Assembly: GCF_009914755.1 (NCBI RefSeq) | Contig: NC_060934.1 | Direction: 5' to 3' (one strand) | DNA length: 64,000 nucleotides | Origin: the human T2T-CHM13v2.0 reference genome, Homo sapiens | Part shown: in pieces, positions 11,761 through 27,096 of the stretch | Layout of the letters: the number at the start of each line of letters is the position of its first letter | Numbering within the stretch: the stretch's first letter is position 1 | The notes under the pieces: generated by a model | What the model was told of the DNA's origin: nothing | Databases searched by the model: none | Seen by the model: only the letters and a program-made list of their open reading frames with translations | Translations under genes and position numbers: made by a program

Positions 11761-12259
11761 AATCTACAGTATTTGATATGGTACCAAGGAATTCTCCAGA
11801 GAATCAAAGAAAAGTCAAAGATAATATTTAGGTAATATTGGCACTGTAAAAGCAACAATGATAGTTACATAAACCCTTGCAAGGATACCTTTCTCATATT
11901 ATTGCTTTGAAATATGACTGGAGAAGTCAAACCAGTCCTTCCTACTTTTTCAGTTTCTACAGTATTTTCATTTCACTCAAAGCTGACAGACTGAGTATTA
12001 GGTCCATCTTATACTGAATTAATGATTGCCAGCTTTTAAATTTATAACTATTAATTGAAGAACTGGTAAGTGTCTTTTCATGAAAACTAATTAAAGAATG
12101 TTACATAATACTTAGTTTTTTAAATCAGCCCTTGCCACCCTAAGGAAATTTTGCTTTTTAAAATGCTAGTATTTTATCTTCTAAAACAAAGCTGACTAAA
12201 CAATAAAGTGAAAAAGTAATACCAGCATATTTATATTCCTTACTGCCTATTAGGCAAAT

Positions 12260-13900
12260 AACAAGTAAACATTTATTGATTCCTTTATTAACATTTTTTG
12301 AGTACCCAATACATGTTGGCAGACTAGTTGATGTATACAATAGTAGAGACATAAAAGTCAGTAAGACAGTAGGGACGTAAAAGTCCTTGGCTTCAAGAAA
12401 TTCACAGTTTACTTACTTGTAAACGAATAAAATGTTTAATAAGGCATCCTAATGCAGCAAGCAATATGTTAGCTTTGGGCTTGCAGAAGGTGGAATAACT
12501 AACTTAGATTCTAGGAGTTGAGGAAGGCTATACAGAAAGTTGAAATTTGAGCTGGGTTTTGAAGGATGAGTTCAGCAAATAGGTAAGAAGGAAAGGGCAT
12601 TAATGGAAGAAAAATAGCATGTGTAAACTATAGATAAAAGCATGGTGTGGTGAAAGTGAAACTGAGCAGCTTGATGGTATTAGAAACTGTAGAATAGCGC
12701 TGTGAACAAGGAAGGGCAAATAGTGGTGATTAAACTGATGAGGTGGTTTGACCCAGATTATGGGACATCTTGTGGGACTTCAGTAAGCATTTTATAGTTT
12801 TTAGGCAGGGGAATGGCACAATCAGATTTATATTTTTGAATGAAATTTTGAGAATCTGGGAAATAGAGATGGTTGAAATTTTAGTTTAGGAAGCTTTTAC
12901 AATGGTCTAGGTAAGAGATATTAAGGACCTGAGATAAAGCAGTGGCACTAAGAATATTTCTGGAAGAAAGAAAGATGGGTAGATGATGGAGAATGATAGA
13001 TTTGATTTGTAAAAGGTAAAAATCAGAAGAATTTGGTGACTACTCAGTGTGTGTGTGTATGTGTGTGTGGCAGGGGTGGGGTGTTTAGATGGTTTTCTAG
13101 ATTCTCTGTTGATAAACTAGGTTGATGATAGCATTATTATTATGGATAGGAAATAAGAGGAATACTTGATTTCATTGGAGAGAGGAAGTGAGTTTAATGT
13201 ACTTGCTGGCTGAATGACTGGAGATGAAACACGTGTTGGAATTAAATATTTGGAATTTAGAGAGGCCTAGCTAGAGATGCAGATTTGAAGTAATCATCAG
13301 AGGTTGAAATCATTAGACTTGAGATTGCCCTAGCGAGCTAGAAGAAAAGACTAAAGGTTAGAGATAGAAGTTACACAAGGAAACTGGAAGGATTGTTCAT
13401 AGATGGAGAACAAGAAGAGTGATTGGTGTTATAGAATTCAAAGCAGAGGAATTTCAAGAAAGAGATGTCAGGTAGAGTGAGATCATTGAATTTGATATTT
13501 AGGAGGTAGTCTGTGACATTGTTGAGTAGTTTAAATAAAGGAATAGAAGTGAGAGATTGTAGTACGTTTGACTTTGAAGGGAGTGACAGAGGCAGCTGAC
13601 AGGCTACAGAAAATTGAGGGAGAGCTGTTTTGGTCTCTTGTTTTTCTTGGCTTAAAGATGGGAAACAATTTAGCATGTTTATTTAGCCAAGAGAAAGGTG
13701 CCTGTGGAAGTTAAAGACATAATAGAGTAAGAAGTTAACCCATGGAATGGTTTATGTGGAAGGAGATAGGCTCAAGAACAAAGATGGAGAGAGAAACCTT
13801 GGAGAGACAAGTGGAGAATTCTGTGAGGTGAGAGAGAATGTTTGGTCCCGATATGGGTAAGATTTCAATGAGTTTGGAGTCGGAAAGAATAAAATTCGGA
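12260..13900 (-). mobile_element. Long degenerate L2
   Basis: Purine-rich antisense L2 motifs (tttgagctgggttttgaaggatgag; gtctaggtaagaga). Confidence 0.65.
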
Positions 13901-14366
13901 AGTGTGAATGTTTAATGGAAAGATATAAATTTTCCCAATGTGACAAACTGAGTCTTAAATTGAAGGTGCAAAAGGAAGCCAGCCTGTCTCAGACAGAATC
14001 CATTCCCTTTTCTTCTTGTATCCTTGGGCACCACTTCCCAAGACACTGTTATGTAAAAACTTATCTTGAATTTTTTCCTCCAGCTCTGACTTCTAATACT
14101 TTTTAAGGCTAACACTGTAATCATTACTAAAAAGAGAGAGAAGAAATGGAAAAACCATTCTATTCTCATAAAACTCTTTCTGAACCTCTTTTTTTACCGA
14201 ATGCAATGTAGTAGAAAGTCAAAATGTATCTTTTTTTTCTTACTGTGAGAATGGCATGCAATGGGATCTAGTGATTCCTTCCAAATGATTCTCTAGTATT
14301 CCCAACATTTTTAATGAATATTTTTGTACACTTGTTTATCTGCTTTTTTTTTTTTTTGTATTTTAG

Positions 14367-14464
14367 GGTTATGGTTTTCCAGTGAACCGACTTTTTGACC
14401 TTTTATTTGAAATAAGAGACCAATACAATGAAACACTGCTTAAGAAATGGGCTGGAGTTTTCAG
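14367..14464 (+). CDS. EXOC6: EXOC6 exon E, 98 nt, phase 0/2: GYGFPVNRLFDLLFEIRDQYNETLLKKWAGVF(R)
   Basis: T-tract + ttttag|GGT acceptor, CAG|gttagt donor. Confidence 0.96.
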
Positions 14465-14559
14465 GTTAGTCTAAGTCATGGTGCCTTAATATAATGAATA
14501 TGTTTGTCAAATGCTCAAGTGGTTCATTTGCATATATTAATAAAAATGCTTATAATCAT

Positions 14560-15170
14560 TTTTATTGTAGTAAAGTACACATAGAATTTACCATCTTAGC
14601 CATTTTCAAGTGTGTAGTTCAGTGGTGTACACTCAAATTGTTGCAACTGTCACCACCATCCATTTCCAGAATGTTTTCATCTTCCCAAATAGAAACTCTG
14701 TACTCACTTAACAATAACTCTCCATTTCCCCCTTCCCCCAGCCTCTGGCAACCACCACTCTTGCTTTGTCTCTAAAATTTGACTGCTCTAGGTACCTCAT
14801 GTAAGTGGAATCAGATATGTTTGTTCTTTTGTGTCTGGATCATTTCACTTAACACAGTGTCTTCAAGGTTCATCCATATTGTAGCATGTCAGAATTTCAT
14901 TCCTTTTTAAGGCTGACTAATATTCCATTGTCTTTATATACCACATTTTGTTTATCAGTTCATCTGTTGATGGACATTTAGGTTCCTTCCACCTTTTGAC
15001 TATTGTGAATAATGCTGCTGTGAACGTGAGTACAGTATACATATATCTGTTTGAGTCTCTGCTTTCAAATCTTTTGGGTTTATACCCAGAAGTGAAATGC
15101 TGGATCATATGTAAATATATCTTTAATTTTTTGAGGAACTACCATACTGTTTCCATAGTGGCTGTAACAT
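14560..15170 (-). mobile_element. L1MB-like 3' end
   Basis: Antisense ORF2 C-terminus/3'UTR; ORF 14917-15108 contains [19 protein letters not shown]. Confidence 0.85.
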
Positions 15171-15709
15171 TTATAATCAGTTTTTAATTATACTTGCTTG
15201 TAGTTCTAATATCTGTAAATTTTTCCTAGTAAATGATTAAATACTTATAAGACTATAAGTATTCAAAGATATTTTGTATTAGAGACAGAAATTTACAGCT
15301 TTTAAATTTTGTTTTGGGCAAGTGCTGTTTTTACAAATAAAATAACTAGATTAAGAATCTTAAAGAATCTAAACGAGAAAATTACTTTTGCTTTAACCAC
15401 TTATCTGCAGGCCATGGACAAAAGTATTTTAATATCTGTGTAACTTTTTAGTGACATGAGAAGAGAAATATGCCCCCACACTTGAATTACTAAAAGTTTT
15501 CCTCCCTCCCTTCTTTCTTTCTTTTTCTTTTTGTCTCTTTCTCTCCATCCTTCTCCCTTTCAGGAAGAAAAAGTCAATCTTGAGGTTTTACATCTTGTTT
15601 ACCCAAAATATGATAGAAGTAATGTGTCAATATTTGATGATATTAAAATAAAAGTACGTTAGATGATTTAATACCAGCTTAGCACTTATCCCATCAACTT
15701 TCAAAACTA

Positions 15710-16042
<333 letters not shown>

Positions 16043-16664
16043 ATTTTTTAGTGCCTAAGTGGCTCATAAGGTGATACACATCTAGTAAAATCAACTAAAC
16101 AAATCCTTATTTGAGTTTTTGGTATTTACATTCTTCAGGAGTGATATTATCAGGATGCTATCCCAGATGGATAATTGACAGTCCTGATGAGTCATATGGA
16201 ACTATCAACAATTATTTTTATTAACTATTTTAAAAATAAAGGTAGCATTTATTGATAAAGATGGTAATCTAGAACATATATGCTATGATATAATGTATAA
16301 TATGATGTAATATGATATTTTTATAGTTATAAAATCTTATAGACTTGATGTTATTTAACTGGCCTCTTCAGAAGGGTGTTTATGTTTTCATAACTGTCGA
16401 TAGATTGTATTGGGCCAGCTATTCTCTCTTACCTGTCTTAAGACTTCTAGTACTAAGATTGTTCCTCAAGACTGGGGAAACCATGAGGTATTGTTTTCTG
16501 TCTGGGAAGCTAATGGCTTCATTCACATAGAGATAGGATTAATTTTATCCTCCAAAGTAATAGTGGAGGAGAACAAATGATAGCATGTCAATTTTAACAC
16601 AAAATTTCCAAATATATTTTGACTTCTGCTTTTAATACTCTTCCAGATCATGCTTTTTGCCTAA

Positions 16665-16957
16665 TTTTTTTTTTTTTTTGAGACGGAGTCTTGCACTGTC
16701 ACCTGTGCTGGAGTGCAGTGGCGTGACCTCGGCTCACTGCAATCTCCGCTTCCTGGGTTCACGCCATTCTGCCTCAGCCTCCCTAGTAGCTGGAACTACA
16801 GGCGCCCACCACCACGCCCGGCTAATTTTTTGTACTTTTAGTAGAAATGGTGTTTCGCCGTGTTAGCCAGGATGGTCTCGATCTCCTGACCTTGTGATGT
16901 ACCCGCCTTGGCCTCCTAAAGTGCTGGGATTACAGGCGTGAGCCACCCCTCCTGGCC
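16665..16957 (-). mobile_element. AluY-like
   Basis: gggttcacgccattct and gttagccaggatggtctcgatctcc diagnostics. Confidence 0.9.
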
Positions 16958-17865
16958 ACCTAAATTTTTAAGAAGTAGCACAACTTAAGCTTTGCTTACC
17001 TCTGACCCGTATCCTTAAATATTTTATAAATAGTGAATTGACAACCTAACAATTAAATGGGGGAAAAAGAAAAATTATCAATACTGAATGATATTCAAAA
17101 CTTGACTACTTCCATGATAGAATTTATAACCTGACTACTGTTACATTTTATCTGTATGCAGCTCTCTCTCACTATATTATGAGCCCTGTTTTATTTTTGT
17201 ATTATTTTTGGATACATGTGCTTTTATTTAGTTTTTAATTGACAATAATTTTATAGATTTATGAGGTACAGTTTGATGTTTTGGTATATTGTATACATTA
17301 TGGAATGATTAAATCAAGCAAATTAACATATCCATCACCTCACGTACTTATTTTTTTTTTTTTAGTGGTGCAAACATTTAAAATCTACTGTTGGCAATTT
17401 GAAATATATGTTACATTATTATTAACCGTAGTCACCTTGCTGTGGAATAGATCTCAAAAACCTATTTCTCCTGTCTGACTGAAACTGTACTCTTTGACAA
17501 ACATCTTGGCATCTCCCTACCCTGCCTACGCCACTTTCTGATCGCCCTACCCTCTGGTAACCTATAAATCAGAAATCAGGCTTCTCTCTACTTCTGTGAG
17601 TGTGACTGTTTTAGATTCCTCATATAAGTGAGATTATGCAGTATTTGACTTCTGTGCCTAGCTTATGTCACTTAGCATAATGTCCTCAAGGTTCATCCTT
17701 GTTGTTGCAAATGACAGAATTTCCCTCTTTTATAGGGCTGAATAGTATTCCATTGTGTATATGCACTTTTTTTTAATCCATTCAAAGGTCGATTCCGTAT
17801 TTTGGCTATTGTGAATAATTCTGCAGTGAACATGGGAATGCAGATAACTCTTTGAGATACCGATC

Positions 17866-18174
<309 letters not shown>

Positions 18175-18401
18175 TTGATACTGATTTTAATTCTTTTGGT
18201 TATGCACCCAGAAATGAGATTGCTGGGATCATATAGTAGTTCTATTTTTAGTTTTTTGAGGAACCTCCATCCTGTTTTCCATAATGGATATATTAATTTA
18301 CATTGCCACCAACAGCGTGCAAAGGTTCCCTTTCTCCACATCCTCACCAACACTTATCTTGTGTCTGTTAGATAATGGCCATTCTCACAGCTGTGAGGTG
18401 A

Positions 18402-18710
<309 letters not shown>

Positions 18711-19351
18711 AGCCTTGTTGTATTTTTAATTTGGATTTCCCTGATGATTAGTGATGTTAAGCTTTGCTTATTCCTGATCTGTATACCTGTTGGACATTTT
18801 TGTGTCTTCTTTTGATAAATATCTATTCAGGTCCTTTGCCCACTTTTTAATTCAGTTATTTGTTTTCTTCTATTGAGTTGAGTTCCTTATGTATTTTGGA
18901 TACTAACTCCTTATTATATGTATCAGATATATATCAGCAAATATTTTCTCCCAGTCTGTAACTTGCCTCTTCATTCTGTTGTTTCCTTGCTGTGCAGAAG
19001 CTTTTTAGTTTGATCCAGTTTATTTGTCTACTATGGCTTTTGTTGCCTGTGCTTTTGGGGTTATATTTTTAAAAATCATTATCTAGACCAATGCCATGGA
19101 GCTATTTATATTCTTGATTGCCTAGCCCTAGTATAGTGCCTGACAGAGTAGGAACTTATACACGTTTATAGAATTTGGTTCTATAAACAGATCATATTAA
19201 GACTACATTAACATTCTTAGAATATAAATGTGCCTTTCATTAAATTATCTCTTCTTCCATAGTAACTGGTTCCCTGGCATTTGTATAAAGTTAGTAGTTT
19301 ATTGTCTTCTAGTAGTTACTTTCCCTGTAACTTGCCTTTTAACCTTTCATC

Positions 19352-19470
19352 ATTTTTATTTTTATTTTTAAAACAGAGACAGCATTTCGCTGTGTTGCCC
19401 AGGCTGGCCTCAAGTGTTCTGCCTGCGTCAGCCTCCCAAAGATTACAGGTGTGAGCCACCTCATTTAGCC
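19352..19470 (-). mobile_element. Internally deleted Alu left monomer
   Basis: gttgcccaggctggcctcaagtg...gtgagccacc. Confidence 0.7.
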
Positions 19471-19548
19471 CTGCCTTTTAACGTTTTACTTTATTTTTAA
19501 ACTCTATGTAGAATGAAATAGAATTAGTGAAAGTAAATACCAAAAAAG

Positions 19549-20046
<498 letters not shown>

Positions 20047-20059
20047 AAAAAAGTAAAGC

Positions 20060-20720
20060 TTTCATTTATGCTACTTCCTTTCTACCCCTACTGTTGCAGC
20101 TTTAATTCAGATCCTCGTCACCTTTTATTTAGATTATTCTTCAGTTTTTCTAAGTGATCTCTCTGTGTTCATTATTAGGCTTTTTCCAGTTTATCCTTCA
20201 CACAGTGAATATCTTCCTATGACATTCCCTTTCCTAAAACCTTTTAATGCCTACAGAGTGAAATCTGGATGTCTGTTTGCACACCTGTCCAATCTCATTT
20301 TTCACCATGTCCCTCAGACTTTATACTTTGTAATACTGCACTACTTGTGGTTTTACACCCCCCCACACACTAACGCTCACTCCTTGTGCCTTTGCGTATA
20401 TATTCCAGTGGTCTAGAATGCTTTTCTCCCATAATCTCTTTAGAAATTTTTTTCATCTGTAAAGACCCTACAGGACTACTCACTTCTCTGTCTAACTTTC
20501 CATGAGATGTTCTTTACGTACTCTGATAGTCACTTCCTTCTTTGTCCTGTTTCTGAACCTTGTACTTCTTGTATTGTATGTATAGCACAACATTATAGAT
20601 GTTATAATTTGTTTGTGTATCTATCTCTCCTATTAGATTTCTTGTGTTTATTGTCATGAGGTAGGGAATTGTCATCACAGCCCAGAGCCTAGCACATAAT
20701 AGGTGCTCAATAAATATTAA
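20060..20720 (+). mobile_element. L2 3' part
   Basis: Ends gcctagcacataataggtgctcaataaatat. Confidence 0.65.
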
Positions 20721-20759
20721 TCAAAATTATTTAATTAAAAGGAAATCAATGATTGGATG

Positions 20760-21110
20760 ACAGTTACGTTAGGACAGCCTAGGTTATGCTACAGCAACAA
20801 AAATTCCCCAAATATCAGTGGATGAACATGTTTTATTCCTCACTCACACAGAAACCCACGATAGGTTTCCTAGTCAGAGATACAAGCTATTTGCATTTGT
20901 GATTCTAACTTTTCAACGTGTTGTCTTCCTTGTCACCATGGGAAGGAGGTTTGCACAATTGGCTCATAAAGGCTTTAAACTCAAAGCAACACATGTCACT
21001 TCCATTCACAGCCCAATGGCCAAAACTAGTCATATGGCCCTGCCTAACTGCAAGGGGGTGTACAGAAGAGCACATGGATATTTGATGAGTAGTAACTGTT
21101 TCTGCGTCAC
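20760..21110 (-). mobile_element. MLT1J/K-like MaLR LTR
   Basis: ctaggttatgctacagcaacaaa; ggccaaaactagtcatatggccc..taactgcaagggg. Confidence 0.65.
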
Positions 21111-21266
21111 CAACTATAAAAGATCCATTTCTAATCATGACATTATGAGAGGCTAAGCAAATGTAACACATTGTTTTGATCTTCAAGAGTTTATAATCTC
21201 ATTGGGAAAAGAGAAGACACAAGATACACAGCTTGAGAATTATTCCTATCAAGAATTATGACAGGA

Positions 21267-21601
<335 letters not shown>

Positions 21602-21912
21602 TTAGTTACAGATAATGAGCTTGTTCAGAATATATCACCTTGAGAATTATTCTAGAATGGAAAACTAAAGTGCTGAGAGGTTGTAAAACAAGCTAGTGGA
21701 AAAAGGAGATTGTACCTGGATTTTGAGGGACAAGACCTATTTGTTGTTGAATTTTAGAATTCTGGATGCTTAGGCAGTATCTTCCTGTTTGGACCTTTAA
21801 TAGACAAGTAAAAACTGCTTTTGTAATAGTTGGGGTTTTTTAAGGTATTGTCTTTTAGTACTCTAATAATATGCTTTGTAATGATAAGTTTTCAATTTTC
21901 CTTTCCTAACAG

Positions 21913-22018
21913 GGACATTTTTGAAGAAGATAATTACAGCCCCATCCCTGTTGTCAATGAAGAAGAATATAAAATTGTCATCAGCAAATTTCCCTTTCAA
22001 GATCCAGACCTTGAAAAG
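21913..22018 (+). CDS. EXOC6: EXOC6 exon F, 106 nt, phase 2/0: DIFEEDNYSPIPVVNEEEYKIVISKFPFQDPDLEK
   Basis: cctaacag|G acceptor, AAG|gtacaa donor; phase matches neighbouring exons. Confidence 0.96.
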
Positions 22019-22193
22019 GTACAAGCTAGTTTTTAATTCAAGGATTTTCTTAAAAATAAATTCATAGTATTTGTTACTACATAATATTAAATATTAAGCT
22101 GAGACTGTAAATAACAGTGGTTTCTTGAGGGGCAACTTTTTGTTGTATTGAGAAAACTAACTATGTTCTGTGAAGTTTTAAAGAGTATGTTAT

Positions 22194-22207
22194 TACTACT
22201 ACTACTA

Positions 22208-22268
<61 letters not shown>
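22194..22268 (+). repeat. (TAC)25 microsatellite with one CAC interruption
   Basis: Direct count; CAC at 22212. Confidence 0.95.
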
Positions 22269-22269
<1 letters not shown>

Positions 22270-23245
22270 GAGATTTCGATGACGTTAAGAAGAGACTTTC
22301 CTGGGCCTACTAGAAGTAGTTGCCCCAAATGTTAGGTGGATTCCTAGGAGAGGTGTTACTAATGTTGGGTGGATTCCAAATGAAAAGTAGATTTATAGTA
22401 ATAAGAGTATATCCTAGTGAAAGAGACAAGAATTTCTTTGAATTGTTTATCACTGTGGAAGATTTTAAAAGAAGTACACTTTTACAAAAAGTTTATATTG
22501 GTTAAATAAGTGATATGTGAAGGCAATAGCTACCTGTAGATTTCTTCCTGAAGTAGGAATATTTATGTTTGGAGTCAAGATAACAAAACACAGGGTAGAG
22601 AAAGGAAGTAGACCAGCCATGTAGGAGATTCTCAGAATGCACATGAATCCATGTGTATGTGCATATATACGTGCAAACATGCACCCTTGTACCTACCCAA
22701 TATCTTTGAGTAGAATTAGATCTCATTAGAAAAGGATGTCATTTTAACTGTAACTGTCACTTTTGTATTCTCTTTATTCTTGTTTTTTTCTCCTTACTCT
22801 TCTTTATTATTTTCCCAACTTTTTGTAATTCAGTACCTTTCTACATTTTTATCACTTCAGCATGAGCAAGACCAAATTCTGAGTGAATCATGACTGTAAA
22901 TTTTTGTTGTATTTTTATACATAAACTAAGCATATTATGTGTACTAGTCACTAAATACAGAACCAGGTAATTAAATGGATAGCTTCTAGATTGTAGCTAA
23001 TGCCGCCATTGCATATACCTATTAGCTATGTTTTAATACAAGAGGCCAGAATAATTATTCTAATTCTGTATTTTTTGAAAGCCCAATGAAAGTTGTTCTG
23101 TCAAGAAATATCACCAGAATATTCTCTATCTCATGGCTTAGTTTTTTTTTTTTTTAGTTACTGGTAATGAGTTTGTTCAGGCTAGTGTCTATATAAAGAG
23201 CACTAGACTAGGTCTAGATTCATGTGCTAGCTCTGCTTGTGGCTT

Positions 23246-23544
<299 letters not shown>

Positions 23545-24099
23545 GCTTGTGGCTTATTATAGGCAAATGACTGAGCCTGTGTGGGCATTTGTGCCTCATC
23601 TGTCAAATGAGGAGTTTGAACTCAGTAATCTCTAATATCCCTTCCAATCATAATAGGTTTATAATTAAAAGGAAATTTAACTTTGCTTGCAGAGCATTTC
23701 TAATATATGCAGTACCTCTTAAGTTCTTAGAAGTTGTATTCATTGGTCTATGTATTACTCATTATTAAAAAGAAGAACTGTTAATAGTTAAAGTCACATG
23801 GAAAATTAAAATATGACAACTGAAAAATAAATCTCATAAATTATTTAATAAAGTCTTTTGGTTGTGTGTGTATATTTTTTCCTAGTTTAAGTATAATTTT
23901 CAATTAAAACTATTAGAAAATATATAAAACTATCAAATAACTTGAGTTATTTTCAACATAAATTATGAATGGAGGAGTAATAGTAAACATACATGCAAAA
24001 ATGTTTTTGTAGATAGCTATGTTAATTTTATTAGAATCATTTGGCCAAAATAAGAACATATTTATATTCTGCCTTTAATATCATTAAAATAATTTCAAA

Positions 24100-25210
24100 T
24101 ATTTTTCATATACCTACTATATACCAGAAACAGTGCTATGTGCTAGATTTTCAGTCTTTGGTGTTAAGGAGCTTATAGTCAAGTGAGGATAGATAAAATA
24201 AATAAGAAATTATAATTCACAGAAGTTTGCATTGCTTAAGATAGGGGATGCACCATGCAGAAAGGCTGCATAAAGGTCAAAGTAGATGAAGTACAAGAGA
24301 TGAAGCTCAAGAGATGTAAATTGGAGAAGTAGAAAGGACCAGACCATAATGGCCCTACTAAACAGTGTTAAAGAGTTTATCCTTTTTCCTGAGGGTTATG
24401 GGAAGCCATGAAAGAATTTTAAGTGGTAAAAACATAACCAGATTTGTGCTTTAGGAAGACCTATATGTGGAGAATGGATTGGAAAAGAGTAAGACTGGTG
24501 GCAGGGAGACCACCTAGTAGATTTTTGCATTTATCTTGATGAGAGAAGAGGGTTATGTAACCTGAATGGGGGTTATGGTCATTGAAGCTGATTTGAGATG
24601 CTTAGGAGGTAGGAGCAACAGGAGTTGCTGATTATGTGCATATGAGGGGTAACGGAGATAAAGGGGTCAAGTAAGATAACCAAGTTTCCACCTTGGATGG
24701 TGGCAGCATTCACTGTGATAAGAAACAGAAAAGGAGCAAATTTAGAAGAAAAAGATGATAATTTCACTTTTGGATCTATTGAGTAACTCATCTCAATGGT
24801 ACAGCCAAATGGAGCTGTCCAATGGGTAGATACATGAATTTGGACTTAAGAGAAAGATTTGATCTGGAGTTGTAGATTTGGAGATATTGGTACTTGTATG
24901 GTGATTGAAGTCATAAGACCATATGAGATCATCCAAGAAAAGTATATGTAGTAGAAAGAGAGGGTTTAGGACAGAACCCTAAAGCACAGCAATAATTAAG
25001 TAATGGCTAGAGGAAAAGAAATAGAGTAGGTAGAGAAAAAGGAGGAAAACCAGTGTGGGCAGGAATCCAAGGAAGGAGAGATCATTTATGAAGTAGGAGT
25101 GGGTCAACTGTGTCAGATTTTTCAAAAAAGTCAGGTAACATGAGAGCTGAAGAAACCACTGGATTGAACAACTGTGAGATCACTGGTGATCTTGGTGATG
25201 GTACTTTCAC
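24100..25210 (-). mobile_element. L2
   Basis: Antisense L2 motifs (ggagcttatagtc; gggaagccatgaaagaattttaag). Confidence 0.65.
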
Positions 25211-25921
25211 CGATATAACAAGGTTGCAATGAAGGTGAAGATAGAAGGGTATATTAGACTTACTGAAATAGAAAAGAGGGTTTTTTTAATAACAATCTTG
25301 GAAGGAGTTTACCTTTTAGAGACTGAGAATTTCAAATGCATAATGACTTACAAAGTAGTTTAGCCAGGAAGGACCCTGTAAGCCATTGGCTGCATACCAG
25401 TGTTTAATGGCATGGAGGTCAGAAACCTGCTATAAGGTATTCTAGGAGTTACGGAATAAACTCGATAACTTCTTGAATTGGCATCAAGCCTTCACTGAAG
25501 GTAAATGAAGGGAGTCTTAGAATTATTTAATGACTCTGAGCCAGAAAGCTGGCCTATAATTTTCATGGCCACCCTGACTCTTGTATGATAAATACACAAA
25601 GAAGCAGACAGCCTAGGCATTGCCTACAGACAGAATACTCATCACCAGAATACTCATCATCAGAATACACCAGAGGTATTGGTATGTGTTTTCTCTGCTT
25701 GTTGGAAGTCTGATAATATGATTTAAGAAACAAGGGTAAATTGCCACATTATTTTCTTCAGAAATATTTTGATAAAATATCAAAAATGTAGAAATATAAC
25801 AGAGTTTTTGATGCAGGTATTTGCTATTCAAGTGTGAAATCAATTTAATTTTACATTTTTTAGTGATTAGCATGTCTTTTTCTAAAATTTCAAAAACAAT
25901 ATTAACTTTCTTTTTCTACAG

Positions 25922-26031
25922 CAGTCTTTCCCAAAGAAATTCCCCATGTCTCAGTCAGTGCCTCATATTTACATTCAAGTTAAAGAATTTATTTATGCCA
26001 GCCTTAAATTTTCAGAGTCACTACACCGGAG
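25922..26031 (+). CDS. EXOC6: EXOC6 exon G, 110 nt, phase 0/2: QSFPKKFPMSQSVPHIYIQVKEFIYASLKFSESLHR(S)
   Basis: ttctacag|CAG acceptor (tandem CAGCAG), GAG|gtgagt donor. Confidence 0.95.
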
Positions 26032-26105
26032 GTGAGTTTACTAATCACAAATGCATTTTTGTCATAACTTTTATGAAACATTAATACTTTATTTTTATGC
26101 CATAA

Positions 26106-26700
26106 CTTTTTTTTCCTCAACTTTTATTTTAGATTCATGGGGTACATGTTTGTTATAGGGGCATATTGTGTAATGCTGAGATTTGGGGTATGCTTGAACG
26201 TGTCACCCAGGTAGCGAGCATAGTACCCAACAGGTAGTTTTTCAACCCCTGCCTCCCCTTCTTGTAGTCTCCAGTATCTGTTGTTTCCATTTTTACATCC
26301 ATGTGTACCTAGTGTTTAGCTCCCACTTACAAGTGAAAACATGCAGTATTTGGTTTTCTGTTTCTGCATTAGTTTGCTTAGGATAATAGCCTCCAGCTGC
26401 ATTCATGTTGCTGCAAAGGACATGATTTTGTTCTTTTTTATGGCTGTGTAGTATTCCATGGTGTTTATATACCACATTTTCTTTATCCAATCCAACATTG
26501 CTATCAATGGGGAGGTGCTACTGGAACTAGTAGTGGGTAGAGGCCAGGGGTGCTGCCATAGACACCTAGGTTGATTCTGTGTCTTTACTATTGTGAATAG
26601 TGCTGTAATGAACATATGGGTACATGTGTCTTTTTGGTAAAATGATTTATTTTCCTTTGAGTATATCCCCAATAATGGGACTGCTGGGTTGAATGGTAGT
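26106..26700 (-). mobile_element. L1PA13-16/L1PB-like 3' end
   Basis: Antisense 3'UTR and ORF2 C-terminus (YQKDTCTHMFITALFTI). Confidence 0.85.
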
Positions 26701-27027
26701 TCTTTTTGTTTGTTTTTGTTTTTGCTTTTGTTTTTATTTTGTTTTGAGACAGGAACTCACTCTGTTGCCCAGGCTGGAATGAAGTGGCACAATTATGGCT
26801 CACTGCAGCCTCGATCTCCTGGGCTCAAGTGATCCTTCCACCTCAGCCTCCCAAGTAGCTGGAACCACAGGTTCGCGCCACTGCTCTTTGCCAATTTTTG
26901 TATTTTTAGTGGAGATGAGGTTGTGCCATGTTGGTCAGGCTGGTTTCGAACTCTTGGCCTCAAGCAATCCACCCACCTCAGCCTCCCAAAGTGCTGAGAT
27001 TACAGGCACAATCCACTGCGCCTGGCC
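26701..27027 (-). mobile_element. Alu (J/S)
   Basis: Antisense dimer. Confidence 0.9.
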
Positions 27028-27096
27028 CACAGATTTTTAAAAGTAGTATTTTAATAAAAAGTAAAAGGATGCAAAAATGTTAGCCTGTATCTAAGG

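Noticed and set aside
25631-25668. 15-bp tandem repeat cagaatactcatca(c/t), ~2.5 copies; similar acccagtg repeats near 62037-62073
   Set aside because: Ordinary short slippage repeats with no sign of function.
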